Of a stretch of 64,000 nucleotides of DNA, positions 14,116-25,583 are shown piece by piece (position 1 is the first letter of the stretch; every line of letters starts with the position of its first letter). The notes beneath the pieces were generated by a model, which saw nothing but the letters and a program-made list of their open reading frames with translations, was not told the origin of the DNA and did not search any database. The translations under genes were made by a program, and so were the position numbers. This DNA is from Euglena gracilis (Eukaryota): positions 43,088,632 to 43,152,631 of the forward strand of contig CP154954.1 of NCBI GenBank assembly GCA_039621445.1, given 5' to 3'.

Positions 14116-17100
14116 CACACACACACACACACAACACAACACACACACATATACAGTAGAACCAGCTGTGTACACGCAACTGGCCATTTTGGGGAACGAG
14201 GTGGGTCCTCCCCCAAAACAATGATGTTGGGTTCAAATCCTCCAAGGCAGGGCGGCGGGGCCCTGGCCGGGGCAGTGGGACAAGGCGCTGGAGGCGTACC
14301 GGCGGGCGCTGCAGCTGCACGCCGCGGCGGGCGGGGCGGCGCTGGAGGGGCGGGAGGGGGCCCTCTACCACCGCATGGCGAGCCTCTTCCAGAAGCAGGG
14401 CCACCGCCGCCGGGCCCTCGAGCTCTACGGTCGCTCCCGTACCCTGAAGGAGACTGCCGTGGGGCCCGCCGAGGCCGTCGGGGGACCTCCGAGGGACGGT
14501 GCCATCCTCACACCCCCACCGGAATTGTGTGTCGGTCTGCGTGTGGGTTTGTTGTTGGTGTGGCAGTTTTGGCAGTTTGAGAGTCTTTCCCTTGTGTCCT
14601 TTCAAAAATGGGTGGTGTCACGTGAAGTTGTTTGCCATGAGGCTGGGCTGCAGTCGGCAGTCCAACCGACAGCCACCCACTCCCGTGTTCTGGCCTCCGT
14701 TTCGGGGTTCCCCATCACAGGTCTCCCCCCAAGGCTTTACGGTTCAAGCGTCCAGCATAAATTTGATCCAACCATCCCCCCTCTCCCCACACCGACACCC
14801 CCACGGTAATTTGGGGGAGGGGAATGCCCTCATTTGGGCAGCAGCCCCCCAATGGTTTGAAGGTCGTCGGCGAAATCGCAGGTCGCGCATTTTTTTCCGA
14901 CGGGTTGACGAAACACATCCGCTTTTATCACTTGATCCTTGTGTTTCATCGGAAGTCCACCCCCCCCCCCAGGGCCTCCCGCCAACGCCCCGGTCGTCGG
15001 GGCCATCGCGTACTCGATGGGGCAGCTGTACCACGCGGAGCGGCAGTTCCCGGAGGCGCTGGCCGCGTTCCACCAGGTGCTGACCGTGAAGGACATCCCG
15101 CCGGGCCCCGTCTGCCCACGGCAACCGCTGGCATAGACCGGCTCTGTCTTGGTCTGGCCCTCACCGATCTCCCTCTCTCCCTGAAGCAGGGAATTTCTTA
15201 AGTCGGAGGGTACCCTATCCCCCGGGGGGGGGGGGGAGTCTAGCCAGCCAGCAGCTCAAATCCAGCCAGCAGCCCAAATTCAGGCTGGGAGCCCCCCCCC
15301 CCGGGGGGTCGAGTGAAATAAAGTCGGGTCCAGCCCGGCCGAAGGCCGGGCCAGCCGGCCGCAGGCTGGCCAGCCAACTGGGCTGCCCAGCTCACCTATC
15401 TATGCATTTCTCCCCTCATCACAGCTTCCTCCATCACAGCCCCCCAACCTTGATCCAGATCCATCCACCAAAATGTCGAAAATGGCAAAAATGTGTTAGA
15501 AAATTTTGGTTTTCATCGACCCAGCCCAGCCCAGCCCGCTCCAGCCCCAGACCCCCCCTCCCTCCCACCCCCCCTGGGGGGGTGGGGTGGGGGGGGGGTC
15601 CAGCCAGCAGCTCATTTCCAGCCAGCAGCCTTTTTGCCAGCCGGAGGCTGGACCCCCCCCCCCGGGGTCCTTAAGGCCCATCCTGTTGGGGTTGCCAGGT
15701 CGGCCGGGGAGCAGCCCAGGGTTCGATATAAGGAGGGCGTACACGGTTTAGGTGGGGGGTGTCCCCCCACCCCCCCCCCCCCCTCCTGGCCCGCAGGGGG
15801 GGGTCCGGACCACCCCCCCCACCTGTCCTTATATCGAACCCTGGACCAGGAGCAGCCTGCGGTGCTGTGGCCCCACATGCGGATGGCAGCGGTGTACAGC
15901 GCGCTGGGCGACCACGCAGCACAGAGACCAGTTCATCCATAACCCAACCTTCGCCATGCAACAGAGTGGGCAACAATTGAGGTGGACTGAAATTTTTTTA
16001 AAGTTACCAAATTTTATCATAACCATAATCATAATCATATTTTTACAGTAATTTTCAACTGCTGGAGATTTCTGTTCTTCTCAAGGCTTATGTCTCATGG
16101 CTTCATCCTCCCTTTTCTCTGGCTGTTCAGCAAACAGCATTAACGTGGTCCCCCAAAGGCATCCGTCACATTCACACACGGAATTGCTGCCACGGGGCAT
16201 GTTTGATGGCATCTAATCAAATCAATGGACTTGGACATGGACGTTATTTTTTCCTTTCTTGTAATGAAAAAAATTGAGAAACAAGATGGCCTGCAGTTGG
16301 CTGATAGCCAGCCTGCGTTTTTTTGCCGCCTTTGGAGGTTGTTCATGTTCGGGACTGGCCGCTGGGGGCTGATGCGATTGAGATGTACCGGAAGGTGTTG
16401 GCGATGCAGGTGGAGGAGTGGGGGCCGGACGCCCTCGTGGTGGGGGAGCCCAGGGAGGGGCCAATGCGTTCTTTCCATCGCTTATATTTGCTGCTCCTCT
16501 GTCAAGTTGGCAGGTCACCCTGAAATGGAAGAGCGGCCCTGGCTTTTTTTGGCTGTTCGCCTTTGGGATCAGATTTTTAAGTTAATCTTGAATACCTTGG
16601 TGACGAACTGGATGGTTGTCGAAGACAAAGCATTAAGGAAGTCAGGTGGCCAAAGGATCTCACCAATGCAGAATCGAATTTCCCCAGCTCACAGTTGTCA
16701 TTGCTCATCAGATTTTCTTGCAAATTCTCGGAAAAGATCCAATATGCAACAGCCGCTCTGTGGTTGTAGCCAGTAGATGGCTGGTGGTGGTTGCTGCCTG
16801 CCCTCTGCGACTCCCCCCACTTGCATGCTTGTCCTATTCTGTATGTGCACCTTCTGGAACAAACCTTTTGGAACACGTTGTGCAAGACCACAACATGCAC
16901 AAACTGGGTGCCCCCCTTGTCGTTGACACAGCAGGTTGTTGGCAATCCACCATGCCAACTGCATTAGCCACAGTTTCTTGGAAATGCGGCCAAGGCACTT
17001 CAAAATTGTGTCGGATCTTCTTTCCAGCCATGGCTTCGAATGTTTTCACCCATGAATTTGATGATTTTGTGCAATGTGTGAAGTCCAATGATGCAATTGT

Positions 17101-20100
17101 GGAGACTGTTGTTGCTGGTACAATATGAGATGTCCAATGGTACAATTGTGGAGGCAATGGCTTCTGGCTGCTGTTGCTGGTGGTTTTTTGTCATGGTACT
17201 GTGCCTTTGGCACGGCCTGTCGTTAACACACCGCCCGTGTCAATGACACTTTCCTGGAACTTTGGCGTGTCAACGATGAGGGGGGGGGGTATCAGTCCCC
17301 AATGATTGAGCTCCAGTAGCTTTCGAAGCGACAACTTGCAGGACACATTGAACACTACCTCCGAAGCACACACAGCACTGTGTGTGTTGTGTGTGTGTGT
17401 GTGTGTGTGTGTGTTTGTGCGCGCTGGGCGTTGTGTTGTTCTTTTGTGTGCGGGTGGGTGGGTGTGTGTTGTGGTGTGGGAATGGGGGTGCAGGTCCCTC
17501 TCTGTGGGGGACGTATGCAAAGCTGGCACAGGCGTACTACCTGAAGGGGGACACCGCCTCCGCGCTGGCGGTGTGTCAGAAGGCGCTGGATATCCGCCTG
17601 GCGGCCCTCGGGGAGTACCACGAGGACGTCGCCCTGACATACGAGCAGATGGGGACGGCCGCCGCCGCCGCCTCCCGGGGGAGGGCAGGGCAGGGGGGGG
17701 GGGGCATCGTTCCCCCCCCCCCGAGTTGTGCGCGGTCTCGGCGCGGTCGGCGGAGGCTGGGTCATGGCAACCGCCGGCTTGCCCGGTCGGCTTCCCCCGC
17801 AGCCCCCCAAAGGTGCCCCCCGAAATCCTGATGGCAGAGGCTCCACTGGGTGACGTCCCTCGCCTCTGCCAATGGCCTTACAGCCACCTCCCCCCCCCCC
17901 AGAAGGGTCACCAGCAAACCCCCACCCCAGGCACTTGGGGGAGGGGGGGCTGGGGGGGGGGGGGGGCAGTGGCAGGGCGGCGGGGTTGCTGCTGCAGTCG
18001 CAGGGGGAGTCACAGAAGGCCATTAAGGTGTTCCAGAAGGCCATCCACATCATGACTCGCGCTCAGGCCCGGCCTCCTCCCCCCCCCTCCCGGTGGGCCT
18101 CCAGAAGAATGGGCATGTGTATTTGTGCATTGCAGGCATTTGCTTAAGGGATTGCAGTACCCCCGGGGGGGGGGGGGGCTGGACTGCAGCTAGTCCAAAT
18201 TTGGCTAGTGGGATTTCTAGCAGGGCTAGCTAGTGGAAATTTTTTTTCCAGTGACCGGCGCGAAGCGCCAAAAATTTTTTTGGGGACCCCAAAAATGGCC
18301 AATAATACCCATTTTTGGCCTTTTTTGGGAATTTTTGGAACAAAATCAGCCAAAAACCTATTAAAACCCTCATTTCTCCTCCGGCGCTGCACGCCGGAGA
18401 AAATTTTTTTTCCAGTTCGGAGGACCCCCGGACCCCCCCCCCCGGGGAGGGGGGGTCCTAGCTAGTCCATTTTTCCAGTGTCTAGCCGATTGGCTAGCCA
18501 GTACCCCGGGGTCCTTAAGCAAATACCTGGTGCATTGTTATTCTCAAGGCGACAATTTTCAATAAAATAGGTGTTTAAGATATTAGTTTGGCAATGGCGG
18601 TCCAAGGGTCACCCTGCCATCAAACAGGGTCCAAAAAAGTCGAGCCCCCCCCCCCCTTTTTGAATTTTGGTGGATAGACAATGTTCCGGCGATGGCAGGA
18701 ATCATTTTTCCCGGGGTTTTTTTTTGCCGAGACTTTGCGATTTTATTTCTGCTTTGATTCGAGAAAAGATTTGCAGAGTGGTTCTTTAAGGTTCTTTAAG
18801 GTTTTTAAGGCATTTTCTCCAAACAAAAATTAAGGTTTTTTTAAAGGTTTTTAACGGTTTTTTTAAAGCGCCTTAAAAAATTCTGCCTGTTGGTGTCGAC
18901 TGGCGTGACCGAGACCGTGGCATCCTGATTTTCCTGGCCGGTGGTATTGGCTGGCTTTCAGGGGAGTGGCATGCTGACCCCCCCCCACCCCCCGGAGAGG
19001 ACAGAGCCACGGTGGCCCCCTCGGGGGCTGGGCCTGTGTGGGACGGGGAGCGGCCGGAGGTGGCACGACTGCACCAGCACATGGCGGTGGTGTACTCCGG
19101 GCTGGGGGAGTACCGCCTCATGGTGGACATGTATGAGACGGCGGTGGAGATGCTGACGAAGCAGCTGGGGGCGTGCCACCCCGGCGGGGGCAGCCCCTCG
19201 CTCCCCTGAGCCCCCCCTCCAAGACACACACATGCACGCACGCATGCACGCACACAACACACACGACACAACACAACACAACACGCACGCACGCACACAG
19301 ACACACACACACACACACACGTGTGTGTGTGTGTGTGTGTGTGTAGACATACACACACACACACACGTGTGTGTGTGTGTGTGTGCGTGTGTGTGTGTGC
19401 GTGTGTGTGTGTGTGTGTGTGTGAACGTGTGTGTGTGAACGTGTGTGTGTGTTTGTGCATGCGCATTCACACAAAATGACTCGCAGTGGTTACCTCCCCA
19501 AAGGAGGGTAGCCTCTATTTTTAGCTTGAAGTAAAAAAATATTGGACCCAAAAATTGACCCCCAAGTGTTGTTCCCCCCCCAAGCCCCTAAAAAGTCCCC
19601 CGTGGGGTGGGTGGGTACCAACCGCCCCCCCCCCCGGGGCCTAAAAAAAATCTGGTTGGCGCCGCCCCCCGGCCCCGAGGTGCGGCGGGTGCAGGAGGAG
19701 CTGTACAAGGCCCAGCACGAGGTGATGGCCGCCATCCACCTCGACGGGCAGCAGTGGTGCGCAGGGAGGGCCGGCGACCCCCGGCCCCCGCCTGGCCACC
19801 CCACGGGGCGACGGGGCGGTGGGCGATGGGGTGTGGCGGTGTCCGGGGTGGCCGGTGGCCGGTGGTCAAGGGGCCCGCCTCATTTCCACCAGGTGGACGT
19901 TGAGCCGGGATGGGAGGCCAACCACCCCACCCCTGAACCCAAAGCCCAAATTGCAGCCACTCCCGAAAGAGCCAGTAAACAACGGACAAAGCAAAAGCAA
20001 GCGAATGAACAAACAAGAGGGGCATTTGGCTTTCTTTCAGCAAACGCTGCAATGCTGGGATTCTCAAAATGTGTTTTCTTTTTAATTTGAATGCGGAGGA

Positions 20101-20560
20101 AGTTCGTCTGCTCAATTTTTTAAGCCGCTCCTGTGCGCATCCGTAAAACCAAACTTCAGCCACCCCTTTGCAAATAGCTCAACAGCTCCAACGATTTGGT
20201 TGCCAGCCAAATGCATTCAGCTTCGCGCAAGGGGTATTGCCAAATTTTTGTAATCTCAAATAGACACATTCTCTTTCGCATTTTCTCCAAAGCTGCTTTC
20301 TCTGAGCGCCTGCCCTCTCCAATGGCTTCTCTTCAGCCGTTGCATGTTCTTCAGCCGCCGCCGCAGCTGCCTTCTCTTCGGTGTGAACATGTTCTTCGGT
20401 GTGGCGCATTGGGGGCCGGGGGTTCCACCCGACAATTGGCGCCGCTTTGAGGGATGGCGAGCGAACCAGCGCCGGGCCCCGGCCGCCTCCGGAGCCCCTG
20501 CCAGGCCCGCCGGCCCCAACGACATTGCCGGCCCTTCCCTGGCCGCGCTCCATCCAGTGA
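93..20560 (+). CDS. Gene A (5' part outside window): multi-exon ART-like domain + TPR repeat protein ending in CaaX (CSIQ)
   Basis: Exons by hand: 93-189, 311-377, 780-837, ~1540-1635, 2315-~2377, ~3158-3245, ~3362-3535, 4050-4139, 13243-13324, 13603-13725, 14271-14467, 14984-15115, ~15849-15918, ~16368-16448, 17510-~17655, ~17985-18060, 19042-~19180, ~19675-19758, 20547-20560. They are colinear and homologous with gene B exons, e.g. [26 protein letters not shown] vs DAIDMYRKVIRMQVEEWGANSLVVGE. TPR-like units include [48 protein letters not shown]. Most junctions join in frame using the N3CAG/CTGN5 rule. Confidence 0.85.
190..310 (+). other. Nonconventional intron (gene A-specific position)
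   Basis: ggcCGG...CTGggcgc|g; removal gives in-frame DDEALFAEA, matching GEEAVFGEA of gene B. Confidence 0.75.
455..646. repeat. Imperfect (CA)n microsatellite, representative of many
   Basis: Similar CA/TG tracts at ~13800-14150, 19225-19460, 23700-23830, 31230-31480, 32590-32785, 33310-33400, 37270-37560, 38720-39000, 51000-51150 and 51900-52005; (CACT)n at ~32100-32292 and 49600-49697. Confidence 0.95.
7545..8420. repeat. AT-rich low-complexity tract interrupted by a foldback element (~7835-8220)
   Basis: AT-rich hexamer-like decay on both sides; ccccccaaatataaagc and its inverse gctttatatttgggggg repeated inside. Confidence 0.65.
8453..8823. mobile_element. TA-flanked MITE (Tc1/mariner-like ends), family 1
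   Basis: ta-cccccc ctatgtccaacgacc ... ggtcattcgacatag gggggg-ta; related copies at 27803-28226 and ~42928-43521. Confidence 0.75.
12060..12365. repeat. Degenerate telomere-like (CCCTAA/TTAGGG) units
   Basis: Spaced aaccct(a/g) units at ~18-nt period (12066-12150), ttagggttag at ~12255 and cctaaccctaacc at ~12350. Confidence 0.45.
15717..15843. mobile_element. Short copy of the 52989 MITE family next to a gene A exon
   Basis: Perfect 18-nt TIR cagggttcgatataagga / tccttatatcgaaccctg; gagcagcc occurs on both sides (15709-15716, 15850-15857). Confidence 0.85.
18133..18529. mobile_element. hAT-like MITE nested in an intron
   Basis: TIR caggcatttgcttaagg / ccttaagcaaatacctg (16 of 17 complementary); perfect 8-bp TSD gtgcattg at 18125-18132 and 18530-18537. 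Confidence 0.9.
19759..20546 (+). other. Nonconventional intron splitting the CaaX cysteine codon of gene A
   Basis: gcgCAGGGAGGGCCGGC pairs with GCCGGCCCTTCCCTG-gccgc. Splicing gives TGG T|GC TCC ATC CAG TGA (W-C-S-I-Q-stop). Gene B has no intron here. Confidence 0.85.
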
Positions 20561-22734
20561 GAGCCGCCCGCCGCCCCCGCCCCCTCCGCCGGGCATCGAT
20601 CCGCCCCCTCCCCCAGTGCGGCGACCTTCAAGAAGCGCCCATCGCCTCCCCTGCCCCCCCCTCCCCCCACACCTGCGTCGCGGCCCCCTCCCTCCCCCTC
20701 CCCCTCCCCCCCGCCCCTGCCCAGCCCTGCTCGGCACGGTGCGCCTCGTCGACTCGCCTGCCTCCGCACGTATGTACCTCCGCGGCCAGGGGGCCGCCAG
20801 TGTCCAACCCTGTCCCCGGGACGAGGTTTCACACACTCATCTCCTGGATGCTTCCATTTCCCTCGTGCAAAAGGACCCCTGGCCCAACAAAGTGGCGGTG
20901 GTCGATAGAAAGTGGCCAGCGCCACTGAAAGAGTGACAGTGACAGTATGAAACAGGTCAGCATGTGGTCTTCGAACTGATGCAACCACCCCTTGGTTCAT
21001 TTACAGCGAAAGGAGACCCTGGAGCTTTTTTTTGTGTCCGTTGCTGAAAATCCCAAGGGGATGTTATTGGGGGGGTGGGGGTGCCATCTTTCGGATTTTT
21101 CTGAAAAAAAATCCAAACCACACTTTCCTGCGGGAGGGTCCAAAAAATTGGCGACTTTTGGGAATGAGCAAAAAATGTCTCAAAAATGCAAATTTTATAA
21201 CGGGCAAAAGAATGAAAAATGGCAAAAAATTACCCATTTCGGGGGCATGGTTTTTTCAGGAGATTAGAGGATGTCTTTTGGATTTTCTCCAGAAGGGGGT
21301 TCTTAATTTTGAGGTGGGTCTTGTTTTTGGATTTTGCTGAAAGTCGAGAGGGGTTTAATTGGGGGAGGGGGGGGTATCTTTTCTGTCTTATGCATTTTGA
21401 TTTGATATTTCTCAAAGTTCTGGTTCTCACAAAAGGCCACCAGAGGGAAGCCACCACGTGCCTCCCCGTTGACTCATCCCCCCCCACCCAAGAAACTGTC
21501 AGGGCCCCCGCCACCAGACAACCTGTCAGTATTACCCGCCAACTGTCAGGGTCCAATGGCATTCATTCTCCCTGGAAAGGCCCCACCCGGGAAACCAGCC
21601 GGTGTCCCTGCTGGCCAACGGAGTGATCATTCGGAAGAGGATGGCCAGGGGTTGCCGACGAGGAGGTCGGCGCCAGCCAAGCAAGCAATCCGGTGTTCTG
21701 TGCCGCAATGGCCCAACCATTGGCACGGCGGTTTGACGCCGGATAGTTTTCTGGCGGTCTCCTGTTCCGGGCCCCTGGGCCCCCTCCCGCTGCCTGACCT
21801 CCCCTCCGCCATCCCCTGCCGGCCCTCCGCCATCACCCATCACTCAGCCAGGGGGGAGGTTGCCACGCGCCTCCCCCCCCCTGCCTCCGCGGGGTTGCTC
21901 TCCTGCCCTTTACCTAGCCCCAGGCCGGGGTTCCTGGACAAGGCGTCGCTTACCCCGGAGGGCACCCCATCCCCGGACCCGGGTCCAGCCAGCCAGCAGC
22001 CTTTGTCCAGCCCGCACCCTCCTCCCCCCCCCATCGATGAGTTTGATTTATTTTCTTTGGGGCGGCTGGGAAGTGTTTTTTCTTCTTTTGGACGAGCAGA
22101 ACATAGGCCAAAAAAGGGGTCAAAAGTGGGTCAGAAAAGTGTTGACCTGGCAAATTTGGGGTCACAAAAAATATTTTTTCCTGCACAATCGCCGTATTTT
22201 TTTCAGGTATGTGTGTGGTTTGAATGTTGATGCCTTATTGGACCTTCAGTCTAGTCCAGCCCTGGGATTCAGAGCAAAGTTTTTCCAGGACCTGGGGGGG
22301 TCTGGCACCCACCTGCCAACACAGCACAAGGATGGGGGGGTCCCTTCCTCAGTCTAACACAAAATCTGGCAGGGGGGCGGACCCACCCACCCAACCAGCC
22401 ACCTACCCCCCCCAAGTCACCAATCTGAAGAAAAAAAATGTCTCTGGTTCACTATACGTGGGGTTTGAAGGGGAAATACATCAATTCATGCGAAGTTTTG
22501 AATCTCCCCGACTGCCAAAAGTTGACAATTGTGTTAAAGTTTTGTCCATTCTGTTTGCAAGATATTACCCGACAAGGGCCTGTGCCAGCAAATTTAGCGC
22601 CGGAACAGCAGGCAAATATTTGGCAGAACTCCAGAAAGACCTGGAAATCGGAGGGGGGAGGGAGTTCGTTGACAACGGAGATGCTTTCAGAAGTTTAAAC
22701 GTCCACAAAAGTTGACAATGCTTGAGCCTTGGGC

Positions 22735-23155
22735 ATAAACCCCTCCCCCAAATAATAACCCCCCCCCCAAATAATAAACCCCCCCCAAATAATAAACCCC
22801 CCCCTGAGGACCGACTTCGGCCGCCCAAATAATAAACCCCCCCCCCCTCCGGCAGGTGTGAGGGCAAAGAAAAAAGAGCCAAAAATTAGCAGAAATGTTG
22901 CAAAAAAACACAAAAATGGATCAAATTGGTGCAGAAAAAAATGCCAAAAAAGCACCCAGTTTTCAAAAAAGCCCAAAAATGACAAAAAAGTGACCATTGG
23001 AGCCTGTGGAGGGGTTTTCGGGTCTAATTTTGACTTCGAAATTTTTGCCCAAATAATAAACCCCCCCAAATAATAAACCCCCCCCCTGGACTCCGACTTC
23101 GGGTGTCCAAATAATAAACCGGGGGGGTTTATTATTTTGGGGGGGGGGTTTACAT
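22735..23155. repeat. Foldback/MITE-like repeat with tandem ccccaaataataaacccc units
   Basis: Several direct units ending in an inverted gggtttattattttgggg; related pieces at ~27415-27460 and ~45070-45150. Confidence 0.6.
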
Positions 23156-23703
23156 TATTTCAATTGGTGGATCGGTTTTAGTCAAATCACGCCATTCCAG
23201 TGGAGTTGGGGCATGGGTTGTTAAATCCCCCCCATGAGTGTCAGGTGTGGCCCGGTGGAGGGCCCCTGCCCGGAGCCACACGTGGCGGCGATCAGCGTGC
23301 CGCGGCCCAGTCGGGGGGGGGGGGGGGGAGGTCAGCCAGCAGCTTTTTTTCCAGCCAGCCCAAATTTTCCCGCCTCTGACAGGGGGACGGGGTCGCTAAG
23401 CAACGCCCTGTTCCTGGTCCGGTCGGATTTTGTTGTATGACCCCCAAGCCCCGCCCTGTGCCAATGGTTCGATGCGGTTCCCTGTTGTTGTTTTATTTTT
23501 GGGCCTCTCTCGGTTTCTCATTCAACCGTTTCAACCCTTCCCACTCCACGGTTCTCAGCAAACCCAAAGAGCCCAATTACGGTTGATGGACATGGGGGGG
23601 ACCCTCGCTTGGCGCCTTCATTGCCTTGTCAGGTCCCTCGTGGCCGTTAACCCCAGTTAGACGGCTCTTAGGGTTCGCCGGCCTCCTGTCAGGACCACTT
23701 TGT

Positions 23704-23754
<51 letters not shown>

Positions 23755-25254
23755 ACACACACAACACACACAACACACACACACACATACACACACACAC
23801 AACACACACACACTCACTCACTCACTCACTTGCGCACACGCACATGTGCGCACGCACGGCAATCGCCAGTCTCCGACTCTGTTAGAGCTCAATGGTGGCA
23901 TTTTGCATGTCGGGCCGCAGCCAGCCGCGGCGCCCCCTCCCACATTCGCCGTCTCCCACTTCCCACAGTAAACCACCCTGGCAATTACACCCCCCCAAAG
24001 AAAACCTCATTTCCCACACCTCTCTAGCTATCTACCCCCCCACCTGGGAAACTGCCATGCCCGAGAACCTGTCAGGGTACCTCCAGGAGTGTCAGGGTCT
24101 TTGGTGCTGGCCGACCTGTCATGAAAAGAAGTTGTCAGGGTCCCCGCTACTAGCCGACTTGTCATTTGACAGTTTCCCGGGGGGGGGAGGTATGACCTGC
24201 AGGGTCAGTTCTGTTTTTTTTAAAGTTGTATTTGGGGAATTTCAATGGCACAAAATTGATTGCCCAAGCCGGAACCACGCCATACAATCGTTTAGCCACA
24301 GGCCCGCCTCGCGGGGGGAACTGGCTGATTTTTTTTGGGAAACCCTTGGAGAGGGTCGACTCCGGGACCCGGACAACTTTGGCCAAAAAGTGACGAGAAT
24401 GGCCAACCAAAGTTCAGTGCCAGGTCATTTTTGCAGGTCTTTTCCAACCCCCCCCCCCAGCCAAAAATAGTGACTGGTTTTTGGAAGAGATGTGAAGTCA
24501 GTACAGAAATGTCTGCTCCCCACTCGACGCTCGACGAGTGAGCTAGCGAGCCAAGGAGCGGTGGTGTTACCCCTGCCTTTTTTGTCAGTGATTCGTCTCG
24601 CACCGCATCTCCGGCACAGCGCAGTCCATCCAGCCCAACTGCCGGTGAAAACGGCGTTGTGGCAGACAACCCAACCAAAGACCCCATACGGGCGGTTCGG
24701 AGCATGGATCCACTTTAACACCAGTGTAACCCCAGGGCAGGATCGCAAATAGGTGGGATAGTGGTGAACTCCCTCCCCAAATATCTTGGCGGGGTGCCAG
24801 GTTATTGGAACCATCTTTTTGCACTTCCCCCCTGCCAGGTCATTTCGGCGCGGTTTCTGGTTTTGTTAAAGCGGGTGCCAGGTCACTGGAACTAAACTTT
24901 TTCGCCCTTTCTTGCCCCTCGCCAGGTTATTCGGCACTAGGGGCAAGGGGCCCAGAGGTTATTTGGTGGTTTTTACCCCCCGATTTTCTGGTGCGAGCAC
25001 CCAAAATTGATCCTCCCCTGGAAGTTGGTCCCCTGAGCCCCCTCCCCCCAGTCTAAATGAATCAGAGGGTTTCTAAGGTTCTGGGGGGGGGTCGTTACCC
25101 ACCCACCTCCTGGAGGCCCTTGGGACTGCATTTTGCATTTTGCAAAGAGTTTACCCTTCGACCAACCTCGATCTTTTTCTGGTTCAACTTTGGCTCATTG
25201 TGTGTAGTCTTTTTGTTGCTCCTCCTGTTCTATGAGTTGCTTGTTTCTTGTTTG

Positions 25255-25452
25255 TTGTTCGTTGCTTGTTGTTGCTGCTGCTGCTGCTGTTGTTGTTGTT
25301 GTCGTTGTTGTTGTTGTTGCTGCTGCTGCTGTTGTTGTTGTTGTTGTCGTTGTTGTTGTTGTTGCTGCTGCTGCTGTTGTTGTTGCTGTTGTTGTTGTTG
25401 TTGTTGTCGTTGTTGTCGTTGTTGTTGTTGCTGCTGCTGCTGCTGCTGCTGG

Positions 25453-25551
<99 letters not shown>

Positions 25552-25583
25552 AACTGGTGGCGGTGTTGTTGGTGGTGGTGTTG
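25255..25583. repeat. (TGT)n/(TGC)n trinucleotide microsatellite
   Basis: Directly visible; source of the spurious polyQ/N/C/V/L ORFs. Confidence 0.95.

Noticed and set aside
13243-19758. Calling the genes kinesin light chain or nephrocystin-3
   Set aside because: Only the TPR style is similar; the domain architecture differs, so no gene symbol is assigned.
22735-23155. Repeated aaataataaacccc units as a CRISPR or iteron array
   Set aside because: Irregular spacing, low complexity and an inverted terminal copy; fits a foldback/MITE repeat.
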